Source: Methanobacteriota archaeon (GTDB taxonomy: Archaea; Halobacteriota; Bog-38; Methanoflorentales; Methanoflorentaceae). From it: a stretch of 64,000 bases of DNA. This document shows, one piece after another, positions 22,195 to 32,006 of this stretch (positions within the stretch are counted from its first letter, which is position 1; the number at the start of each line of letters is the position of its first letter). Under the pieces are notes generated by a model. It did not search any database and had not been told where the DNA came from. It saw nothing but the letters and a program-made list of their open reading frames with translations. Where the stretch lies: NCBI GenBank assembly GCA_963720465.1, contig OY970393.1:320001-384000 (forward strand). The letters run 5' to 3'. Both the position numbers and the translations under genes were made by a program.

Positions 22195-22644
22195 TCACTT
22201 GGAAGTTCGTTCTTGGTGGTACCCACCTTTGTAGATTTCCAGCACCGAAATCGCAAGCTTCTCGGCGTCGTGCGTGCACATCACCTGCTGCAACACTTCA
22301 ATGATCTGGCGAAGCGGTGGCTCAGCACCCTCTTTATCATCTACGCGCCCACTCGGGTGAGTCAGAATCGATGTGACAAACGTAGCAAGGGTGTGTGCAA
22401 GCTGTTCTTTTAACTCAAGCGCGAACGTTCGCAAATACGACCCGTCAAGCCGTTCGGCCCTGCCGAGGCAGTAGCTGCAGGCCGCTCCGTATATGACTAC
22501 ATACCTGAGCTGCGCGTCTCGCCGGGCCCGTTCGACGCTGCCAATCAGCTCTTCCAGCGGCACGGTGCGAATGTAGGCAGCGAAAAGGTTGTAAAGAGCC
22601 TGCTTCGTCTCATTTGTGTCTTTCTTAACATTAACTCCTTGCAC
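22195..22644 (-). CDS. Backbone family 2 protein, intact copy (149 aa, helical, CSYC)
   Basis: Only intact member of a family with five further fragments in the window. Confidence 0.7.
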   Translation of the reverse strand: MQGVNVKKDTNETKQALYNLFAAYIRTVPLEELIGSVERARRDAQLRYVVIYGAACSYCLGRAERLDGSYLRTFALELKEQLAHTLATFVTSILTHPSGRVDDKEGAEPPLRQIIEVLQQVMCTHDAEKLAISVLEIYKGGYHQERTSK

Positions 22645-23048
22645 AAAGGTTGAATCTGTGCTGTAAGTGATAACGCGACTGTAAGCACGTGCTGAAAGTG
22701 AATTACGAGATTAGAGTGTTTGTTTTTAGTTACTGCTAATCTCGCAGATCTCAAGTAACGACATCGCCACCTTTTGTGCATCGTACTCCACGTGCCTGTG
22801 CAGCACCTTCGCTATCTCATTAAGGGTCGATTCATCTCCTTAGGGCAGGGGCCAGACCGCGTAAACCTGCGCCGCCTGCTGTGCCACGGCGCGACGTCGA
22901 CCGATCCCTCCGTAAGGAGTTGCGACCCAAGCGCGGCGCTTAGCTGTGAACCGATGCTGAAGACTGACGGTCATCACCTGCAAAAAACCGAAAAATGCGC
23001 GAACACATAAACTATATGACCCTGTCTGTGCGAGAGTAGGTTCGCATT

Positions 23049-23774
23049 ATGCACGCTGCACTGCTGACCCTCCATGCACCCTTGGCATCCGCCTATTTCG
23101 GCGGGTTTGACTACGACGTTACCCACTTCATAAGGGGGCTCAACAACGGCGGTCTTCTCAATACGCTATTTTGGTGGGTCACGTTCACGGGCAGCATCAC
23201 CTTCATGGTACTCATCACGATCGCACTCTACCTCGCCGGTCTCCGCAAAGAAGCGCTTGTCTTCGCTATTATCTTCATAATAACGACTGCGTTCGCGACC
23301 GCAGTGAAGTACGCCATTGCACGCCCACGGCCGAGCGATTTGGGCGTACCACCAGAGGCTGAGCCGTCGTTTCCGAGCGCCCACACCGCGAACGCCTTTG
23401 CCTTCGCGACGACGCTTTCGTCTTATCACCGAAAGTTCACTATTGTGCTGTTCGCGTGGGCCATTCTTGTGGGATTTAGCAGGCTCTACCTAGGCCTCCA
23501 TTACTTCACCGACATCATCGGGGGGGCCATCCTCGGCATCGTCGTTAGCCTCGTCGTGACCCATGCCGCCGGGCGCGTTGATGGAGAGCTCACACGCATT
23601 GTGCACGAATCGCCGATGCTAACGACGTGGAAGGGCGTCTTCAAGGTGCCGTTGGTCGTCGCGCTCCAGTTTTTCCAAGTAGCATACGCGCTGGCCACTG
23701 AGCTGATCCGAGAGGTTTTCAGCATCATCCATCGCAAAAGTGGGGGTAAACCGACGTTGAGGGGAGTTGAATGA
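23049..23774 (+). CDS. PAP2 family phosphatase
   Basis: KYAIARPRP, SFPSAH, SRLYLGLHYFTD. Confidence 0.92.
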   Translation: MHAALLTLHAPLASAYFGGFDYDVTHFIRGLNNGGLLNTLFWWVTFTGSITFMVLITIALYLAGLRKEALVFAIIFIITTAFATAVKYAIARPRPSDLGVPPEAEPSFPSAHTANAFAFATTLSSYHRKFTIVLFAWAILVGFSRLYLGLHYFTDIIGGAILGIVVSLVVTHAAGRVDGELTRIVHESPMLTTWKGVFKVPLVVALQFFQVAYALATELIREVFSIIHRKSGGKPTLRGVE

Positions 23775-24023
23775 GGTTATGACGGAAACTTTTTTTCTAG
23801 CCGACGCTTGACCGTAAGGAGGTACACCTCATGGACTAATCATGAAAATTATTGAATGACAAGCTCTAACGGAACGCACGAGCTGCGAGGTGATACGCAA
23901 AGCTTAGACCGGCATAATTACAGCGAACAACTCAGCTAGATGGAGTGCGCTTTATCTCACGGCGTGCACGCAAGAGCACGTGATGTTCCTTTGCTGGCCG
24001 GTTAAACTACCCACTCGATGTAG

Positions 24024-24299
24024 TTACGGCAGTAGCCCTTGAACAATGCCCTTCAGTTCAGCCAGCATCTCTGCCAAGGCGTTTCCGCTAAAGATTTCAT
24101 TCGGGTTCTGCAGGGATTTGCTCAGAAACCCGTGGATGAGTCGCGTGACTGAGTCGGTTATCTGTTGGTTCACCATCGTGTAGCGAGACGCAGGAGCCTG
24201 CGTTGGTGAAAGCGGCGTGGCGCTGACGGCGAGCGGCATCGCGAGTAAGAGCACGATAGTAACGATAAAAGCGAGCGGCACAATACGAGTTCGGTTCAT
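24024..24299 (-). CDS. Small secreted protein
   Basis: aggaggtga RBS, signal peptide MNRTRIVPLAF...AVSA. Confidence 0.6.
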   Translation of the reverse strand: MNRTRIVPLAFIVTIVLLLAMPLAVSATPLSPTQAPASRYTMVNQQITDSVTRLIHGFLSKSLQNPNEIFSGNALAEMLAELKGIVQGLLP

Positions 24300-24390
24300 C
24301 GACCAATCACCTCCTGTAGTAGTATGCACCTAACAGGGGGAAAGCAGCAATAAATATTGGGGCTAAGCTGCTCGGCGCGCAGTGCCGGCG

Positions 24391-24648
24391 CTATCTTTTC
24401 GGTTTGGTAGTGACGAGCGCCACGAGAGCAAGCAGTGACGCAATAATGGCCACAAGTTCCGCGTAGGCGATATCCGCTGCACCGCCCATCACATCACTCG
24501 CCGCTAAGATGATGACTCCCACGATATACACACCGATAAAGAGGGGCTGCACGTTTCTGTTGCCCCGCACTATGTAAACGAATTGAATTATCCACCCAAG
24601 AGCGATAAGGCCGAATCCGACAAGCATTAAGGAACTAACCACGAACAA
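24391..24648 (-). CDS. Small membrane protein
   Basis: Three hydrophobic helices. Confidence 0.55.
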   Translation of the reverse strand: MFVVSSLMLVGFGLIALGWIIQFVYIVRGNRNVQPLFIGVYIVGVIILAASDVMGGAADIAYAELVAIIASLLALVALVTTKPKR

Positions 24649-24704
24649 GCATAGGCGGATAACCGATTTTATAAGTTTCTCTTTTTCTTGACTACAAACG
24701 CGCC

Positions 24705-24850
24705 GAAGATGTGGCGGAGAGGTGGCTCAGCAGCACTTTCCGCGTTTAGGCGCACGCGGCGGTGCCAGAATCGATGTGACAAACGTAGCGAGGGTTTGGG
24801 CCAGCTGTTCTTTTAACTCAAGCGCAAACGTTCGCAGGCATGACCCTTGC
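24705..24850 (-). repeat. Backbone family 2 internal fragment abutting the ClC stop codon
   Basis: LRTFALELKEQLAQTLATFVTSIL. Confidence 0.8.
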
Positions 24851-26236
24851 CTATCGCGGTCGCTGCCGCACTCTAAAATGTTTGGCAATGAAACCCTTGA
24901 TTCTATTAATGACCTTCAGGCCGGCTTTCGTGACACTCCCCGCTCTGGGCTGCACCGTCGGCTCACACTCCGCAACCTCCTTACCGATCTGAACCTGAAT
25001 AGACCGGGATTTCTCCGTCGCAAGCACCTGCGATGGATAGATGCTTCGGTGACCAGACATCACGTAGCTGACAACGCACGCTACTGCCGCGTACGGCGCG
25101 ACTGCTGGCCCAAAGAGCTCAATTGATATGATACTCGCGGCGATGGGAGTGTTGGTGGCTCCCGCAAGAACGGCTACGAGGCCAATTGCCGCAAACGTCG
25201 CCGAATTCAAGCCAAATACCTGCGCGAAGAGAGCACCGGCCGTTGAACCGATAAAGAAGATCGGGGTGATGATACCGCCGCTTCCCCCAAAGCCCAACGT
25301 TATGCTCGTGAACACGATCTTTAACGGGAAGGCGTACCAGACGGCGTGCTGCCCCTGCAGCGTAGCCTGAGTCGTGGCTAACCCGAGCCCAAGGTACTGC
25401 GTCGAGAATATCAGGGTCAACAGTATGAGTGCCGCCCCGCCGATGATGCCCTTGGCAGGCGCCCATATGGGCAGACGTTCTGCCGCCTTTTTGAAGAGAT
25501 TGAAGAGCTCTATGAGGAGGAGCGCGACGATCCCAAAGAAGATGCCTGCAACAATCACTTGCGCCAAGAAGAACCCGCTGAAGACGGGCACGAACTGGAG
25601 GGGACTGTAGAAATAGGTAATGCCAAGGGCAGCCGACACCTGATAGCTGACGATCCCCGCGATAAACGCGGGGAGAAGCACGTCGTACATTAGGCCTCCT
25701 ACAAAGAGGACTTCGACCCCGAAGATGGCACCGCCCAGAGGCGTACCAAAGACGGAGGCAAATCCGGCGCTGACCCCACAGATGACCAATTTCCGACGGT
25801 CACGGTCGTCGAACTTCAGGAGATCGCCAAATAGTGAAGAGAGCCCCGCCCCTATCTGGGCGCCCGGCTCTTCTTTGCCTGCCGAGCCCCCTGACGCGAT
25901 AGTGATGAGCGTGGCAGCGAGCTTTACCAAAACCGTTGACGGCTTTATTTTCCCGGATCGTTTATGAAGGGCATCAATAATCATCGCCGTGCCGTGCCCT
26001 TCATCGCCTGGGGTAAGATATTTCGTCATCGCGCTGCTGACAAGGAGCGCTAGGGGAAGGAGGAGAAAGTAATAGGGGAACTGGCCGGTGAGGGCAATGC
26101 TGTAGTTCAAGACCTTAAGGAAAACGGCTACCGCTAAGCCGACGGCGACTCCAGCGAGTGTGCCTAGCACGCACCACTTGCAAACGCTGATGAATAAGAC
26201 GATTTGCCTAGGGAGGATATTAGACGCATTCGACAC
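24851..26236 (-). CDS. ClC chloride channel family protein
   Basis: GGSAGKEEP, GGSGGIITP; start uncertain. Confidence 0.9.
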   Translation of the reverse strand: MSNASNILPRQIVLFISVCKWCVLGTLAGVAVGLAVAVFLKVLNYSIALTGQFPYYFLLLPLALLVSSAMTKYLTPGDEGHGTAMIIDALHKRSGKIKPSTVLVKLAATLITIASGGSAGKEEPGAQIGAGLSSLFGDLLKFDDRDRRKLVICGVSAGFASVFGTPLGGAIFGVEVLFVGGLMYDVLLPAFIAGIVSYQVSAALGITYFYSPLQFVPVFSGFFLAQVIVAGIFFGIVALLLIELFNLFKKAAERLPIWAPAKGIIGGAALILLTLIFSTQYLGLGLATTQATLQGQHAVWYAFPLKIVFTSITLGFGGSGGIITPIFFIGSTAGALFAQVFGLNSATFAAIGLVAVLAGATNTPIAASIISIELFGPAVAPYAAVACVVSYVMSGHRSIYPSQVLATEKSRSIQVQIGKEVAECEPTVQPRAGSVTKAGLKVINRIKGFIAKHFRVRQRPR

Positions 26237-26354
26237 AGGTAAAAAAGACCGAGCAAGGCTTTAATGGTTACTCTTTGGTCGCACCCAGAAGTCGACTTTG
26301 GGCGCGGGGCCACAAGGGTTTGCTTGCTTCCTAATTTTCATGCTTATGGTCGAT

Positions 26355-26510
26355 TAGCGTATTCCTTTCGACTTCACCATAACTTCTATATATCATCTCT
26401 TTTTTCGATTTCCTTTGATTTCAAAGGCCCGTTCAGAATCGTGGTGGCAAAAGCACGTTGTTGCGCCTTAAAGAGCCCTTGCAGCGCAACTGCCGCGAAT
26501 CATGACGGTT
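26355..26510 (-). repeat. 'NGxxKSKEIEK' backbone fragment
   Basis: tcgatttcctttgatttc...gcccgttcagaa...ggtggcaaaagcacg shared with 22055-22106. Confidence 0.8.
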
Positions 26511-26739
26511 ATGCTTGAACGGCGCTTCTAGAGACACATGCAAGCGATCTGCACGCACAAGATAAGCATCCAAAGCTCAAAACCCCCTATGCTCTCTCGA
26601 TAGCTAGTTGCCGCTGGGCGTGGTTGAATGTCAACGTTTCGAATCTCTCTTGCGCGACACACACAGCTGTTAAGCAAACTCTTATTCTAGTAACCCGATA
26701 ATAATACCCGGTTATCGTTGGTTCGTACTTGGTGTCGTT

Positions 26740-27164
26740 ATGCAGCACATCGGAAAGTCAAAAATCGGCAAGTTATCTGCCAAAGGGAATGACTACCCAC
26801 AACTTCGCTTGCCTCTACAATACGCAAATACTGTAGGCGAGGTAGCTGATGTCTTTGAGACTGAACACGAGGGAAAACAAGCATTTCTCATCGTGACAGA
26901 ACATAGTGTGCCAAAGGAAGACACGGTTTTAAAACCGAGAGAAGAAGTTTTAAAACCATGTGCAGATTTGGCACAGCCTTTAACGGAAATCCTTCCTAGA
27001 AGTGCACATGCTTCCGCGGAACCGTTCGCGACAGACTCGCGCTCGAAAAGCACCGCAGAAAGCTTTATTATCAATACTCGGCTAGTAAGCTGTGCTGCGT
27101 CAGGCAGTCGCTTTGCGTGCGCAAGCCCGGGTAGTGTAGCGGCCTATCATGGAGCCCTGTCGAG
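26740..27164 (+). CDS. int(N) of element B (YPQLRLP domain); reads through tRNA promoter and 5' half
   Basis: ORF 26740-27219 crosses the tRNA in the same phase as the frame leading into ORF 9982. Confidence 0.78.
27055..27075 (+). promoter_or_regulatory. BRE/TATA-like tRNA promoter
   Basis: gcagaaagctttattatcaa upstream of the tRNA; kept in all three copies (one substitution at 6020). Confidence 0.6.
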
Positions 27165-27197
27165 GCTCCGACTCGGGTTCAAATCCCGACTCGGGCG
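27125..27197 (+). tRNA. tRNA-Asp(GTC)
   Basis: Acceptor GCCCGGG/CTCGGGC+G; anticodon arm GGAGCC-CTGTCGA-GGCTCC; T-arm TCGGG-TTCAAAT-CCCGA; T-tract follows. Confidence 0.96.
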
Positions 27198-27464
27198 CTC
27201 CTTTTTTGCTTTCTTTTGAACAATTGGAGTCTCACACAGCTCTTGATTATATGATTCAGTACTTTCGAACGATCTTTCCAATTTAGCTAATTTAGCTAAA
27301 TGCGGCTCCACAAAAAATCCCCGAATCCCATCAATCTCAATTTCATAGATATTCACGATTTGACCTGCGAGTTCTTTGAAGTCTCGTGGCAAGCGAATGA
27401 TGGGATAAGAAAATGTCGGATTACGCGATTGGAGTGAGATTTTTGTGGTGAATATTTTTTTCAT
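27147..27464 (-). CDS. int(N) of element C (YPIIRLP domain); reads antisense into the tRNA 3' half
   Basis: Ends ERPSRDLNPSRSLDRAP; same frame as KRPSRSLNRAY at 45890. Confidence 0.8.
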   Translation of the reverse strand: MKKIFTTKISLQSRNPTFSYPIIRLPRDFKELAGQIVNIYEIEIDGIRGFFVEPHLAKLAKLERSFESTESYNQELCETPIVQKKAKKERPSRDLNPSRSLDRAP

Positions 27465-27670
27465 TAGTATTAAGACTAACAAATTTTTGGATAATAAACT
27501 TGTTATTTGAAGCATCTTGCGATGATCATTCACCACAACGGCCTAACTCGGTGGTGTCAAGCGGAAGTTGTGAAGCAAGTTAGCTATGTAGTGTAGTCGC
27601 TAAATGAGCATCAAAAAGCAGAGAGAGAAACTTTTGAAATAGCATATAGTGTTTATATTTTACAAAGACG

Positions 27671-28696
27671 TTGCGTACGATGGCCGAAAACAAACAACAA
27701 CATTTTGTGGCCAAATCATATCTGAAAAGTTTTTGTCTGCAAAATACGGAATCACTCTATCGCTTCGATCTAGTAGCTAGCAAATCGAAAAAGCGAAATA
27801 TCGAGAAGATTTTTCGAGAACCTTATTTCTATGCCGATGGCTCGGTGGCCCCGATATTCGAGCTTGCATTATCTGCATTAGAGGATAAGCACGGTCAAAC
27901 CATTCAACAAATTTTGAAGACGCAAACACTCACAATCACCTCGCTTAAGGATTTCATGTACCTGCATCTTTTAGTTCTCATTACAAAAACGCGAACAAAA
28001 GCATCAAGAGAAGAGATAGAGGATATGGCTCGTTCTTCCTTAATTAGAAAACTTCCCTATCTAGCTGAGTCTGAAATGGCTAGAGAAGCTCTTAATAAGT
28101 TCATCGAGCAAAAATCGCCGCATTTAGATGTCTTGAAATTCGTGTCTAAGCATTCATATGCGGTCACTGATTTGGCGCCCACGCTATTAATCAATAAGAC
28201 AGATCCCTTTACGCCCTTCATTACGTCTGATTCTCCGGTGATCTTTCACAACCTAATCGACGGAGATTTGACGGGTCTTATTTGCAAGGGCTTAATCATA
28301 GTTCTGCCGCTTAATGAAAAAGTTGCTCTCTGTCTATTTGACATTTATAGATATAAACCAAAGAACGTAATAAACAACAACATTGTAGTATCAGATAACA
28401 AAGATGTTAATACGCTGAATCGACTGCATATAATAAACGCAGCAGGATTTCTCATTTTTTCAAAGCAGCAGTATCACGACTATGTTTTGTCGCTTCAAAC
28501 AGACCTGTTATGGAACCCGCTTAACAAACCTAATTCCTTGAAATTGTCATTTTTTGAAATATACAATGAGGATTCTTTTCGCGGAGATAGACTCTTTGAG
28601 CCGAGAAATGGAGAGATAGCTGCTTCTTTGAACGAGGCGATTAAAGAGATACGCAAAGAAGTTACGTCATTGCCGAGTGATCGCGCGAGAACCTAA
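27671..28696 (+). CDS. DUF4238-like protein
   Basis: QHFVAKSYLKSF, FY, FITSDSPV, PL motifs; AT-rich. Confidence 0.8.
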   Translation: MRTMAENKQQHFVAKSYLKSFCLQNTESLYRFDLVASKSKKRNIEKIFREPYFYADGSVAPIFELALSALEDKHGQTIQQILKTQTLTITSLKDFMYLHLLVLITKTRTKASREEIEDMARSSLIRKLPYLAESEMAREALNKFIEQKSPHLDVLKFVSKHSYAVTDLAPTLLINKTDPFTPFITSDSPVIFHNLIDGDLTGLICKGLIIVLPLNEKVALCLFDIYRYKPKNVINNNIVVSDNKDVNTLNRLHIINAAGFLIFSKQQYHDYVLSLQTDLLWNPLNKPNSLKLSFFEIYNEDSFRGDRLFEPRNGEIAASLNEAIKEIRKEVTSLPSDRART

Positions 28697-28699
28697 ATA

Positions 28700-29455
28700 C
28701 TACGGCAAAGCCTTAATTGCCTCTATCTTGAGTTTGTTTAAGTCTTTGTTGTGCCCTAATTCGTATTTCTTATCTGCCTCTTTCGAAATTTCGTACAGGG
28801 CATCTATGGCAACATTCACAGCCGCCACCGCATTAAAGTCGCCTTCTATTACTCCTGATGGCGACCAATGAGCGATCTGCGAGAACTCGTTATAGATTAC
28901 ATCATATTGGTCGCGAATCTGTCGCCGTAGCTTCGTGTCACTTATCCTGTTGATTAAATCGGAAAGCGACATCTTGCTAAAGGTCAAACTCTCTCTAGGG
29001 AGATAATTGAAGCCGAAATCTTTTTCCGCTCGGTCTACCATGTCTGCACCAAACTTGTGCTCAACCTTTTCATACAGCCATTTGTGTTTTGCGGCCAGCG
29101 AAACCGTGTTCGCTACTTTCTTTCCGTCTTCGTAAACCATAAACAAGCGCCATTTGTCGGCGATATCGTGATAGTCTCTGTAATACTCAAAGTTGATGAC
29201 CCCTTCGAGAATAGTTCTAGCTACAAGAATAGCTTCATGGTAGAACCCGTTTTCCGCCAGCAATTGAATGCTCTGGCTATATAAAATCGTGCGATGTAAG
29301 AAATGATAAACAAAGAAATTATTGTTTCTCTCTTTCTCGTTCGTCTCAACAGAGCATTTTGTTCGAAACTCTTTCTCAACAGCTTGCGCAAGAATGATAA
29401 AATCTTTAAGATGAGCTCTAAGAGCTGGCAAGTACATTGATTCATGTCTTGGCAT
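28700..29455 (-). CDS. DUF5677-like (HEPN-like) protein
   Basis: EAILVARTILE and YNEFSQIAH. Confidence 0.7.
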   Translation of the reverse strand: MPRHESMYLPALRAHLKDFIILAQAVEKEFRTKCSVETNEKERNNNFFVYHFLHRTILYSQSIQLLAENGFYHEAILVARTILEGVINFEYYRDYHDIADKWRLFMVYEDGKKVANTVSLAAKHKWLYEKVEHKFGADMVDRAEKDFGFNYLPRESLTFSKMSLSDLINRISDTKLRRQIRDQYDVIYNEFSQIAHWSPSGVIEGDFNAVAAVNVAIDALYEISKEADKKYELGHNKDLNKLKIEAIKALP

Positions 29456-29602
29456 AATTTTGGAAGGAGAGAGCTTGTGTTATACTAACACGCTCAACTG
29501 ATTCGATAACGTTTGCGATTATGTTTTTGCTATCGATGACTCATAGGTTGCGATCCCGCTAATTTGGTTTATCGTGCCTCCCACCAATATCGTTCGCCTG
29601 TA

Positions 29603-30049
29603 TTAGACATCTTTATTGTCTAGTGCAGCGTAACGTGCTGCTCGCGCGCTAGCTAGCTTAAAATCTTCCGCTTGGAGTTCTTTCTTTTGTGCTTCTGTAA
29701 CAAACCATTGATGAGGCCACGTCATTCTGCTGTGAGCGTCTTTCGTTTCAATACGGATACCTCTCGACATAACCTCCCCATCCAGATCTGTTAAGAAAAC
29801 GAAGTATACGCCGTCTTTTGTTCTCCAAAATAATTCACATACTTCCTCTTTTGCATCTTCAAGCTTGCTCCTACCAGAATTCCACTGAGCGGAAGGGCTT
29901 AACGCTTTACTGATTAACCGTGTCTGGCGGTCTTCAAAATCAATTTCAATTCCATCAACACTAATCTTGTGGGGCTTAATTTTCGCTTTTTCTTTGTCTG
30001 CCTCTTCTTGCAATCGTTCCCGCTCTTTGCGTTCTTCGTCACTTATCAC
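29603..30049 (-). CDS. Hypothetical protein
   Basis: 148-aa charged ORF with ggagg RBS. Confidence 0.55.
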   Translation of the reverse strand: MISDEERKERERLQEEADKEKAKIKPHKISVDGIEIDFEDRQTRLISKALSPSAQWNSGRSKLEDAKEEVCELFWRTKDGVYFVFLTDLDGEVMSRGIRIETKDAHSRMTWPHQWFVTEAQKKELQAEDFKLASARAARYAALDNKDV

Positions 30050-30335
30050 GTTTTTTTAGCCTCCGCGCATTAATGCACAAGAACGCGGCTTAAGCCTATG
30101 GGAACCGTTTGCGAGGCAGTTTTGAGGTCATAACTCCTTATGCGAGGGTTTGCTCTTTAAACAGAGCCGTTCACTGCATTTAAATCGAAAAAAAGAATAT
30201 GAGCGAGGAACTGTCGAACGGAGGCACTGGCGAGGCACCCTCTTCTCAGATGATACTTCGAGAGCTCGGTTCATAAACGAAGCTACACTACTTCTGTTTT
30301 GCTAACAGAAAACGATTTGTGCTCTTGACCAAAAA

Positions 30336-30779
30336 ATGCCCTTCTTGTGGGGTAATTCAACATTATCGAAAAAAGAATGGTATAAGAAGGCCCGTTGCTC
30401 GAAAAGCTCAGGCGGCGGCAGCGGCAACGCAGGGATAGCGGTCAAAGTCAACTCGCAACAAACAGCAAGCCAGATAGGGACCTACAGCACGCCAGCAGCA
30501 GGTAACGAGTTTATTATCTTCAACGTGACAGTCACCAACCTCAACCAAGACAATGAGCTACTCGGCAACCCGAACTTCTTTAAGCTCACCACAGCCGACG
30601 GCGCAGTATATCAATACAGTTCCTCGACATTCTCAGCCCCCAACGCCCTCCAAGGCGTGCAGAACACGAATGCAGGCGACAAAGTGTCAGGAGTCGTAGC
30701 GTTCGAGGTCCCGCAGGGTGCGATTGCCAAAACCCTAACATACAACGACGACATAAACGTAGTCGTGACTAATTTGTAA
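30336..30779 (+). CDS. DUF4352-like Ig-fold domain (probably a 5'-truncated surface protein)
   Basis: P..GNEFIIFNVTVTN, NPNFFKL, GVVAFEVP. Confidence 0.75.
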   Translation: MPFLWGNSTLSKKEWYKKARCSKSSGGGSGNAGIAVKVNSQQTASQIGTYSTPAAGNEFIIFNVTVTNLNQDNELLGNPNFFKLTTADGAVYQYSSSTFSAPNALQGVQNTNAGDKVSGVVAFEVPQGAIAKTLTYNDDINVVVTNL

Positions 30780-30889
30780 CGTTCCCTTTTCCTTTTTTTC
30801 TTTTAGCTACGCTATACCTTGGGATACGCAATTCCTAAGCTATGTGCCGACCGTCAGTGCGAGGCTTACATGCCGTCCTTCCTTGGTTT

Positions 30890-30940
30890 TGGCAGGTCTT
30901 GAACGGAGCCCGTCAGTCGAAGGAAATCGAAAAAAGCGCT
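30890..30940 (+). repeat. 'NGxxKSKEIEK' backbone fragment
   Basis: QVLNGARQSKEIEK. Confidence 0.6.
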
Positions 30941-30946
30941 TCGTTG

Positions 30947-31543
30947 CTACAAACGACGACCTTTCTGCAGGTCAAATCTTGGTTGACTTTGATTCGCAGT
31001 TTGCGCTCTGAGCAACTTCTTTTTCTGCTCAGCGAATTCTTCATCCGTCAAGATGCCTTCGCTCTTCAGTTCTGCTAACTTCTTTAATTCATCTGCTACG
31101 TTGATTCCCGTCACTGTGGGTTGCTGTGCAGGCACAGGTGTATAAGAAGAGCTAGATGCTGCGTCCTGATGTTGATGCACTATTCCGATGATTTTATCAG
31201 CATTTTCTTTGAAGAGGCCGTCGATTACGAAGGAGCCATGAGTGCCCGTGCTTATATGAAGGGCTACGGTCGCAGTGAGTGTGTTCAGAAATCCCCTATT
31301 CTTTTTAATGCTGTTAATCTGCGCGTAGGGAAGCTCAGTTACATCTTTTAGCAATCCAAACAAGATTGGACGGTGTAGTATCAGTGCCCTCTTTGTGGCA
31401 TCAATCGAACTCAGTCCAAGTGAAATCAGTCCATACCACCACCATTGAGATACGGTGAGCAATACATCGCACTCTTTACAGGTTCCTATTTGCTCATCTA
31501 ATGGTGTGCCACAATTTCTACAGCGACGTGTTAGAAACGCCAT
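30947..31543 (-). CDS. Zinc ribbon, PH-like and SHOCT domain protein
   Basis: CRNCG/CKEC; ADELKKLAELKSEGILTDEEFAEQKKKLL. Confidence 0.8.
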   Translation of the reverse strand: MAFLTRRCRNCGTPLDEQIGTCKECDVLLTVSQWWWYGLISLGLSSIDATKRALILHRPILFGLLKDVTELPYAQINSIKKNRGFLNTLTATVALHISTGTHGSFVIDGLFKENADKIIGIVHQHQDAASSSSYTPVPAQQPTVTGINVADELKKLAELKSEGILTDEEFAEQKKKLLRAQTANQSQPRFDLQKGRRL

Positions 31544-31679
31544 ACTACAACCTCCAAGCCCTCATACTCTTATAGAAGATGCTAATGTTAGCTTAAAGCG
31601 TTGTGGTTTTGCTGCCGAATCTCAATTCTGTTCAGTAGAGGCCAGGCGCGGGGTGGTTTTAGGTTGATCACTTCACACG

Positions 31680-31790
31680 TTCTGCTTCAGGTCTGCAACG
31701 GAACTCAAAAATCAAAGGAAATCGAAAAAAGAAGCAACTTTTTAGGGGCTGAGGTGGTGGCAAAGGGATACCCTAAGCAACGATAAAGGC
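31680..31790 (+). repeat. 'NGxxKSKEIEK' backbone fragment
   Basis: LLQVCNGTQKSKEIEKR. Confidence 0.6.
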
Positions 31791-32006
31791 AAAGCTCAAT
31801 CGTAAAAAGTGACAGGAAGTGCCCGTCTGTTATGGTGCTGAGTCTCAAATATCTCTGCGACGTTCCCAATTTCGTCTGCGTGGGTCTTTGGCAGCCTAAT
31901 AAGTGGCTAAACGACGCCCGCTTTGGCATTCAACTTGGTGACCTTTGATTTTCCAATGTGTTGCATAGAGCCCTCACCCCGCTTGACGAGACGTGCCCCC
32001 GCCGCG

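Larger units (their letters stand above)
9869..27164. mobile_element. Element B: ~17.3-kb split-integrase element at tRNA-Asp 5' half
   Basis: Direct repeats at both ends; int(C) just inside the left repeat, int(N) reading into the right repeat in a compatible frame. Confidence 0.8.
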
